Shown: positions 47,001 to 52,629 of the stretch, piece after piece
Layout of the letters: each line of letters begins with the position of its first letter
Position numbering within the stretch: the stretch's first letter is position 1
DNA from: an uncultured Planctomycetia bacterium
Lineage (GTDB): Bacteria; Omnitrophota; Gorgyraeia; Gorgyraeales; Gorgyraeaceae
Assembly (NCBI GenBank): GCA_964415355.1
Contig: CAYPYS010000007.1
Location: forward strand, 11,208-75,207
Length of the DNA stretch: 64,000 bases
Direction of reading: 5' to 3'
Program-made: the position numbers and the translations under genes
The notes under the pieces: model-generated
The model's database searches: none
Told to the model about the DNA's origin: nothing
Seen by the model: the letters and a program-made list of their open reading frames with translations, nothing else

Positions 47001-48084
47001 TGATAGCAGGGTCGTGCAGCTTCGCAGTCTTTCGCAGCTTTTTGGGAAAGACGTAGAGATAGGTTCTGGTTATGCCGTGCTTCCGGCCGCGCTCGCGGTA
47101 AAGTTTGAGGCGACTAAAGGCTCTGTAACGCTTCACCCGAATTCAATGGCGCAGATACTTGTATATAAGGAATTATTGAGGAGATACGGAGATAGAGACA
47201 TTGAATTTTCTGAACTTACTGAGGCAGAGAAAAATCCGGAATTACCGGCCTGGCTCTCGGATAAATTATCTGACTATGGCAGAGGCATCAAGCTTTCAGA
47301 GATAAGAAGGATCCTGAAACTCATGGCCGACCCTGATTTGATTTCATTGGCCGGAGGCATACCTGCCGCCGAACTGTTTCCTTACGAACAGACCTATGAA
47401 CTTATTGCAGAATTCGGCGAAGGAGACTGGAGAACGGCTCTGACTGCTTCTCACAGTCAGGGCATTGAGAGGCTCAGGGCATTGGCAGCAAAGACTGTTG
47501 GCGCCGGCGCAGAGAATGTGCTTATAACAGATGGCTCGCAAGAGGGCCTTGACCTTTTAGGCCGCTTTGTCAGGTCTATTTCGTCAGAGAGGGATGACAG
47601 GGCTAATGAGGTCATAACCCAGAAGCCGACATACCTTGGATTCATGAGCGCTGCGGATCCATATGGATGCGAGGTCCAACCGTATGATCTGAATAATCTA
47701 GAAGGCATTGAAGAACTTAGAAAAGATCTGAGGACGAGAGCTGATGCCGGAGATGCCCTTCCTTCTCTTATGTATATAATGCCTACCTTTGGCAATCCAA
47801 ACGGAGACGTAATGAGTTTAGAGGAAAGGGTAAGGCTTTTGGAGGTAGCAGACGAGTTTGACATAGCCATTGCCGAAGACAATCCATATGGAGCGCTTAG
47901 ATACGAGGGGGAAGCTATCCCTACCTTGCTTGAGTTATCAAGAGAATCAGGCAATGCCACTGTTTTATACCTTGGCACAGTGTCCAAGACATTTACCCCG
48001 GGCATGAGGATAGGCTGGACAGTAGGGCCTGTGGAAATAATACAGCGTTTAACAGCATACAAGGAAGAGACGGTAAAAAGGTAG
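43981..48084 (+). CDS. Giant fusion ORF 1 (1367 aa): signal-like leader, unknown (possibly TraB/Tiki/ChaN-like) N-region, unknown middle, degenerate plus canonical class I aminotransferase modules; ends at a frame break
   Basis: Uninterrupted 4.1-kb ORF. ATG 43981 follows SD aaaggggg and a consensus promoter. 'ISLAGGIPAAELFP', 'MPTFGNPNG', 'AEDNPYG' and 'GTVSKTFTPGMRIGW' are aminotransferase (Aro8/LysN-type) motifs. See the domain features below. Confidence 0.8.
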   Translation: MYRRRINRITSIVTLLTFLSTSTLYAAPSSRSFFKNKKVDHKKLSDQNEDFIEKKGSVLDIKNGAKPQARRKEARALLSSHLKDLSQIHIPSELGRIIEVYEGEKDKRQGTRPLIVHIQDLHTNPEAELNLAKILEILIKDYSMNLVCSEGADGEVDTSSVSSFPDYSVREKVARLFIDSGELTGEEYLSITKYPDLAIWGIEDRDIYFKNIIEFNKIIKFSPQSHVFISQAKKALEQLKPKICSRELKDLDQKEASYDNQEIEVAQYLNYLADYVEALGINTKDYRNVNLLAESIDQEKTINQQKIMDESQSLLLNLQVSLSNKRIKKEQDELMARAELFRDQKISPFSFYSYLKALALRHLKEGLSKYPDLDRYITYLTNVNSLDQVKLFNELKDLAYDIKQALARTPEQKRFVKALRNINFLESFFNLKVSNEELDYYLANRDSHKVGFFQDFLKPTLKKYRLSSFIDYNTDLIDSKLPILEDFYKTVKDRDVAMVKNSLSEIENRNSKVSALIAGGFHTKGITTLLRDKNYSYIVVSPYSSTDIDEENYHFLLSGKRKPLTELLNKLDASEIVDGLSSSLRVTVGFDLDMHDGLREKVAPVLAEELGVSVEEVTPENILGRIVPVLLLHREASSWFSNFDKIIGVEIKRTAKGLVMKISPKGRGTKARYIMATRDSGFTLATARDFNAAGATVIAVAPEKSPLADTEDDSSLTYAGGEQARNVTTYNDLSAQGIRDSLATLSRDGAILVLADGTKWTVSEWDSQSKTAALTGLGDAKGETQYISVLDDGLVVISATPLIRDYTVVAIASDASVSVKIKALAEDIFTSPDRALATAALQYGLTRGFQPLINYISALLEREGVKAHPETEVVMLDDVFEGEDILARLLIEEGDIVVYNSGNLSEQDKRIYTNRGAELIEMDLSTPVGMHKLSGRLENGSIDADRVKFIQVLSERKLGTETMSQSARVALLALAREHDFLLVEDARYRDPVLSENESLKAIDYEGLDSRVVQLRSLSQLFGKDVEIGSGYAVLPAALAVKFEATKGSVTLHPNSMAQILVYKELLRRYGDRDIEFSELTEAEKNPELPAWLSDKLSDYGRGIKLSEIRRILKLMADPDLISLAGGIPAAELFPYEQTYELIAEFGEGDWRTALTASHSQGIERLRALAAKTVGAGAENVLITDGSQEGLDLLGRFVRSISSERDDRANEVITQKPTYLGFMSAADPYGCEVQPYDLNNLEGIEELRKDLRTRADAGDALPSLMYIMPTFGNPNGDVMSLEERVRLLEVADEFDIAIAEDNPYGALRYEGEAIPTLLELSRESGNATVLYLGTVSKTFTPGMRIGWTVGPVEIIQRLTAYKEETVKR
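44300..45610 (+). other. Unknown N-region of ORF 1 with weak TraB/GumN/Tiki/ChaN-like end motifs
   Basis: 'LIVHIQDLHTNPEAE...LVCSEGADG' near the start and 'ALIAGGFHTKGITTLLRDKNYSYIVVSP' near the end resemble the two conserved blocks of that superfamily. The assignment is by eye only. Confidence 0.3.
46470..47190 (+). other. Degenerate aminotransferase large-domain copy (module 1)
   Basis: 'LQYGLTRGFQPLINYISALLEREGV', 'LVEDARY' and 'KGSVTLHPNSMAQILVYKELL' align by eye with class I aminotransferase blocks. The NPxG and SxSK motifs are not preserved. Confidence 0.5.
47290..48081 (+). other. Canonical class I (Aro8/LysN-type) aminotransferase module 2, truncated ~30 aa after the PLP lysine
   Basis: 'ISLAGGIPAAELFP', 'ITDGSQEGLDLL', 'KPTYLGF', 'MPTFGNPNG', 'AEDNPYG', and 'GTVSKTFTPGMRIGW' (Lys codon 47986-47988). 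Confidence 0.75.
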
Positions 48085-48089
48085 GCTTT

Positions 48090-51000
48090 GTGCCTGGCTG
48101 GCCGTTTTTAGGAGAGTCAAATCAGATCAGGCTGTCTTTCCCGACAAACTCCCCTGATATTATAGACGGCGCAGTAAAGGCAGTTAGTATTGCCATAAAG
48201 GACAGCATGGGCAAAGGCACCCTGGCTATGGAAGGCCAGGTCCCTGCTGCTGATCTCGAGATCCTTACTAACTTTGGGACAGCCGGATGGCGAGGCACTG
48301 ATTTTACAGACGGCAATGTCAGGCGCATGGCACAGGCTGTTGCCGAAGTAGGGATAGCAGAAATCAATAAGCCTGTTTCTGAGATTCGCATGGCTGTCGG
48401 ATATGATGCAAGGCCTGGTGCCAGGGAAGATGCTATCCTCCTAACAGAGGTTCTGGTAGCGAACGGCATACACGTTGATTTCATAGATCAGGTATTGCCT
48501 TCACCCGTAATGATAGAGGTAACGCACGGAAGCGTTCCTGATTCAGAAAGATATGATCTAACGGTTTATTTTACCGCAAGTCATAATCCCGTGTATCAAT
48601 CGCTTGACCCGCTTAAGCAGTATAAAGGTATAAAGATATTAATAGAGGGTGTTCCTGCCGGCGATGAGTTTACCTCAAAGATATCAGCTCGAGCAAATGA
48701 CCTGGCCAAGAATGCCACATATAAATATATTCCCTTTGATCAGATTCCGGATATGCTTATTACGCATGACGTGGATCTTATTGCAAAAGATAGAGCTCGA
48801 CTTGAAAAAGCCTTTGGGCTTTCAGATTATGGAGTAAAAATAGCCAGATTATTTACTATATTTCCTAATTTGACGATTCGCATAAGTCCGATGAACGGTG
48901 CGACCGTGGAACAGATCGCTATATTCGATAAAATAGGCCTACCTGTAGTTTTTTATGATACCGCGCCTTTGCATGAAGTTATAGCCAGCGGAGAATACGA
49001 GCTTCAGACTGCAGACGGGATAATGAAAGGACCTGATCCGACAAAACCCTATAATCTTAATGCAGAGATGTTAAAAGATACAGAAGGGCAGGATGTCATA
49101 AAGTTTCTTATTGACGGAGACGGGGACCGTCTTGTTGTCGAGGATATAAACGGCAGGCCGATCACGCCTAATGAAATCGGTCTTATCATCGCCCATTATC
49201 TCCTGGAGCACAAGGGCGAGGAAGGTTACGTCGTCCGCACTTTGCCTACTACGAGAATGCTGGATCGTCTCGCAAGAAAATTTGGAATGCCTCTCGCGCA
49301 GACAGGAGTCGGCTCAAAGAACTTCGGGCCTTATACTGTTCAAGGGACCGAGCAGCGTCTTATCGTTGCCGTTGAAGAGAGCGGACATGTTTTCTTTAGA
49401 TTAGGCGATGAGATATTTGTCGACCATGCAGTAGCCGAGGCCTTGATCCTGCTCGATATCATGGCAACGACAGGCAAGACATTGACCCAGTATCTTGAGG
49501 AGGTCGAAAGAGAGCTGGGGACTATTCATTATAAACGGGATGCCGTGGCCAAGGAATTAGCGGTCCCTGGCCTGAAGCGCGGGCTATTGTGGCTGCGCAA
49601 TAATGATCCTGAGCTTTTGGCGCGCGCAATCGCAGATGAACTGGGTATGGATTTGAAAGGTTTTGATCCATTGGATAAGACCGGTGTCCTTGTAACCTTT
49701 GAAGATGATCAATGGATTTTACCTCGCGCATCAGGCACGACAAATACTATAAGGATTTACGCTGAGACGAGTTCTCAGGAAGATCTGGAAAAATGGATAA
49801 GCGGAGCAGAAAGGGTTTTGGTAAAACTTGTCAATGATATGGCTGCTCAAGGCATACTGGACAGGTCTCCGGATATCTGGTCGCATGTTATAGAAAGAGG
49901 AAAATCTCTCGCAGGCGATATCGTGAAGTGGCTCGGCTGGGTAGATGCGCCTGTGAGATTTTTGAAACGGATGTCAAAGATTAGAAGCTTGAAGTCAGAG
50001 CTTGCAGAGGAAGGCATAACCAATGTCGTTGTCCTTGGCACCGGAGGATCAGGCCTGGGTATAGGGACTTACGCCGAGGTCTTTGAAAAAGATAATTTAA
50101 TAGTCATTGATTTAGAAGATCCTCAGGGCATACAGAATGCAATGGCATGGGTCGATGAAAGGGGTTGGGATAAGACGATCTTTACTGTGCAGAGCAAATC
50201 CTGGGGCACTACTGAAACAAGAAACGCAGAGGCAGTTTTCAGGCAGGTCCTGGCTGATCGGATAGGGGCTGAAAATGTAGCCCGGCATTTTATAGCAGTG
50301 ACTGACGCAGGCAGGATAAAGGGAGAAGAGAGGGCTAATTTTAGGGAAATATTTGCGACTAATTATCCCGGAGATGCCAGGAAAGGTCGCGATATAGGTG
50401 GCAGATATTCTTCAGATTCCTTCTTTAGTCTTGTTCCGGCTGAATTAGCAGGCATACCCCATGAAGAGCTTTTAGTGGATGCCCGCGATGAATATAACCA
50501 GTTCAGGCGAGAGCTTGGAGAATATATAGGTGTCCGCATAGGCGCAGAGCTTAGCAGGTTCCACGGCCTTGGCAGAAATAAAATTACCTTTATATTAGAT
50601 AAAGGCCTTGAAGCATTTGGACCGTGGGTGCAGCAGCTTATAAATGAATCCGTAGGCAAGAACGAAGATACCGTAGTCTGTGTTACCGGAGAAGAATTTT
50701 CAGGAGATAGTTCTGTGTATGGGGATGACAGGGTCTTTGTGAAGATCGCTATAGGTAAAGGTCCTGCTATGCAAGTCACAGAACAAGGCATTGTTCTCAT
50801 AGTCGAAAGTAAAAATGACATAAATAGATTGCAATATAGGTTCAAGGTAGCTACTGCTATCCTGGCAAATCTAATGGGTGTGCACCCGTTTAATCAGCCG
50901 TTTGTCGAGAGCAGTAAATGGATTACAAAGGGTCTCCTGGATTCGGAGTTGACTCCTGAGCAGCTCACAGCAGAGCTTGTCGTAGCCGCATCTGAAAATT

Positions 51001-51899
51001 TAAAGAAATACGAAGGAGCAGAGGTCGCTATGCATTACACAGGAAGGACAGAAGACGCTATTGACATTGACCTGGAAACTGCTTCTGTGGAAGATGTATT
51101 GGCAGCATTTCTGGCAACAATAGAGTCAGGGGATTATATCTATCTTTCTCCTTATACATTTGATTCTCCTGCGCTGCAAAAGGCCTTTTCTGAGATAAGG
51201 AGTATTATAAGAGATAATCATCCTGCTCATCCAGCCACGCTTTTTGGCATTGGCTCAAGGAGCCAGCATTCCGACAATCAGCTTAATAACGCCACTGACC
51301 AGGCAACGGTATTGGCGTTTACCTTTGATTCGGCCGAAGGTGTTGATAGGGCAGTGCCCGGTAAAAATTATACACTGGCTCAGGAAAACATGGCGCATGC
51401 ATTGGGAACGGTAGGCGCGCTGGAGGATAAGGGAAGAAGGGTCATGAGGATCCACCTTTCCGATGAGTACAGGCAGGACATAACAAAATTAACAGCACTC
51501 TTTGAGAAAGCCGTTGCAAGGATGCGCGGAATGGAATTAGTCAGGTCATCGAGTAAGCAGCAGGCCGCGTCAATGGAACAGATCCTGGTCGTTCCCGCAA
51601 ACAAGGTAATAGCCGATAAAGAGGGTTTTGAAAAATGGATGTCATCCGGCCGCCAGGAAAATAACGCTGTGGTGATAGTAGCTTATGATGTCGACGAATA
51701 CAATCGGGTCAAGGAATTCGGGGACATTGCCTATATAAGGGTAGTCGGAAAGGATATTAGCGAGGAATACGACCTTAAGCTGCTCCAGATGTTTGCATTG
51801 TTCGGAAAAGATAATATGTTTGGCGGATTTATACTTGGGACACCGGCTGACCTGGATGATTTCAGATCAGTTTCCGAAGAGATATCCTCTGGCGTCTAA
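48090..51899 (+). CDS. Giant fusion ORF 2 (1269 aa): aminotransferase C-terminal remnant, alpha-D-phosphohexomutase, glucose-6-phosphate isomerase, shared C-terminal domain
   Basis: GTG start 5 nt after the ORF1 stop, in the -1 frame. 'FVPGWPFLGESNQIRLSF' (aminotransferase end); 'FGTAGWRG', 'TASHNP', 'DGDGDR', 'EESGH', 'RASGTTNTIRIYAE' (PGM/PMM); 'GTGGSGLG', 'SKSWGTTET', 'GGRYSS' (PGI). Confidence 0.8.
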   Translation: MPGWPFLGESNQIRLSFPTNSPDIIDGAVKAVSIAIKDSMGKGTLAMEGQVPAADLEILTNFGTAGWRGTDFTDGNVRRMAQAVAEVGIAEINKPVSEIRMAVGYDARPGAREDAILLTEVLVANGIHVDFIDQVLPSPVMIEVTHGSVPDSERYDLTVYFTASHNPVYQSLDPLKQYKGIKILIEGVPAGDEFTSKISARANDLAKNATYKYIPFDQIPDMLITHDVDLIAKDRARLEKAFGLSDYGVKIARLFTIFPNLTIRISPMNGATVEQIAIFDKIGLPVVFYDTAPLHEVIASGEYELQTADGIMKGPDPTKPYNLNAEMLKDTEGQDVIKFLIDGDGDRLVVEDINGRPITPNEIGLIIAHYLLEHKGEEGYVVRTLPTTRMLDRLARKFGMPLAQTGVGSKNFGPYTVQGTEQRLIVAVEESGHVFFRLGDEIFVDHAVAEALILLDIMATTGKTLTQYLEEVERELGTIHYKRDAVAKELAVPGLKRGLLWLRNNDPELLARAIADELGMDLKGFDPLDKTGVLVTFEDDQWILPRASGTTNTIRIYAETSSQEDLEKWISGAERVLVKLVNDMAAQGILDRSPDIWSHVIERGKSLAGDIVKWLGWVDAPVRFLKRMSKIRSLKSELAEEGITNVVVLGTGGSGLGIGTYAEVFEKDNLIVIDLEDPQGIQNAMAWVDERGWDKTIFTVQSKSWGTTETRNAEAVFRQVLADRIGAENVARHFIAVTDAGRIKGEERANFREIFATNYPGDARKGRDIGGRYSSDSFFSLVPAELAGIPHEELLVDARDEYNQFRRELGEYIGVRIGAELSRFHGLGRNKITFILDKGLEAFGPWVQQLINESVGKNEDTVVCVTGEEFSGDSSVYGDDRVFVKIAIGKGPAMQVTEQGIVLIVESKNDINRLQYRFKVATAILANLMGVHPFNQPFVESSKWITKGLLDSELTPEQLTAELVVAASENLKKYEGAEVAMHYTGRTEDAIDIDLETASVEDVLAAFLATIESGDYIYLSPYTFDSPALQKAFSEIRSIIRDNHPAHPATLFGIGSRSQHSDNQLNNATDQATVLAFTFDSAEGVDRAVPGKNYTLAQENMAHALGTVGALEDKGRRVMRIHLSDEYRQDITKLTALFEKAVARMRGMELVRSSSKQQAASMEQILVVPANKVIADKEGFEKWMSSGRQENNAVVIVAYDVDEYNRVKEFGDIAYIRVVGKDISEEYDLKLLQMFALFGKDNMFGGFILGTPADLDDFRSVSEEISSGV
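48264..49830 (+). other. alpha-D-phosphohexomutase (PGM/PMM/GlmM-family) module
   Basis: Catalytic-Ser loop 'TASHNP' (48573-48590), metal loop 'DGDGDR' (49113-49130), sugar loop 'EESGH', phosphate loop 'RASGTTNTIRIY'. Confidence 0.8.
49900..51540 (+). other. Glucose-6-phosphate isomerase (SIS-fold PGI) module
   Basis: 'VVVLGTGGSGLG', 'SKSWGTTET' (50193-50219), 'IGGRYSSDS', 'GIGSRSQHSDNQL'. Confidence 0.7.
51576..51896 (+). other. Shared C-terminal domain (~107 aa), copy in giant ORF 2
   Basis: EQILVVPANKVIADKEGFEKW...AVVIVAYDVDEYNRVKEFGDIAYIRVVGKDISEE...NMFGGFILG...DLDDFRSVSEEISSGV. About half the positions are identical to the ORF3 C-terminus. Confidence 0.8.
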
Positions 51900-51935
51900 C
51901 TTTACATTTCAACGTTGTTGAAATGTAAAGTTAAG
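51897..51935 (+). repeat. Palindromic repeat copy 35 (T1, fwd, perfectly complementary arms)
   Basis: taactttacatttcaacgttgttgaaatgtaaagttaag; TAA is the stop of giant ORF 2. Confidence 0.9.
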
Positions 51936-51952
51936 CAGTGCGCTGACCACCT

Positions 51953-51989
51953 TAACTTCACGCTTTAACGTTGTTGAAGTGTGAAGTTA
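51953..51989 (+). repeat. Palindromic repeat copy 36 (diverged T1, fwd)
   Basis: taacttcacgctttaacgttgttgaagtgtgaagtta; 17 nt after copy 35. Confidence 0.8.
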
Positions 51990-52038
51990 TTTTTGGTGTT
52001 GTTGGCAAAGAGATTTAAAAAGAGCAAAATGATTTTAT

Positions 52039-52060
52039 TAGTAATACTATAGATTTACTA
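52039..52060. promoter_or_regulatory. Inverted repeat TAGTAA-N10-TTACTA upstream of the Rrf2 gene (candidate autoregulatory operator)
   Basis: tagtaa (52039-52044) and ttacta (52055-52060) are reverse complements. The spacer contains -10-like tactat/tataga. Sits 20 nt before the rrf2 ATG. Confidence 0.3.
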
Positions 52061-52079
52061 GCATAGAGGGTATTTTAGT

Positions 52080-52520
52080 ATGAAGATATCTACAAGAATC
52101 AGATATGGCACGCGTTTGATGCTGGAATTAGGGCTTTCTTATAAGGAAGGCCCTATTTTTTTAAAAGATATTGCCAGGAAGCAGGAGATCTCTGAAAAAT
52201 ATTTAAGCCAGATCATCATTCCTCTAAAGGCTGCAGGCCTGATCAATACTTATAATGGCGCTCACAGCGGATATGTCCTAGCTAAATCTCCGCAAGAAAT
52301 AACAGTGAAAGAGATAGCAGAGATCGTAGAAGGGAATTTCGATCTTATAGAATGTGTGACTAACCCTTCCGGATGTGCACGCGCAGCTATGTGTGCGACA
52401 AGAGATCTATGGGATGATCTGGGCAGGACGATCGCGGAAAAACTCGATTCATTCACTATTAAGGATTTAATAGATAGATCCAAAGAAAAACAGGAAAATT
52501 CAACAGCATATAATATCTGA
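52080..52520 (+). CDS. Rrf2-family (IscR/NsrR-like) transcriptional regulator with a three-Cys cluster-binding motif
   Basis: 'MKISTRIRYGTRLMLELG' N-terminus, wHTH 'ISEKYLSQIIIPLKAAGLI', Cys motif 'CVTNPSGCARAAMC'. The stop lies 25 nt before giant ORF 3 with no repeat between. Confidence 0.85.
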   Translation: MKISTRIRYGTRLMLELGLSYKEGPIFLKDIARKQEISEKYLSQIIIPLKAAGLINTYNGAHSGYVLAKSPQEITVKEIAEIVEGNFDLIECVTNPSGCARAAMCATRDLWDDLGRTIAEKLDSFTIKDLIDRSKEKQENSTAYNI

Positions 52521-52545
52521 TTATCCTAGGACAAGGAGATTAAAA

Positions 52546-52629
52546 ATGACCTGGAAAATTATAAGAAAAATTACTTCTATTGTAATACTCATAACTTTTC
52601 TATCTACCAATGTCATATACGCGGCTCCG
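52546..52629 (+). other. Shared 28-aa N-terminal leader, copy in giant ORF 3
   Basis: MTWKIIRKITSIVILITFLSTNVIYAAP. The nucleotide sequences of the two leaders differ at many synonymous sites, so the peptide is conserved rather than recently copied. Confidence 0.8.
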
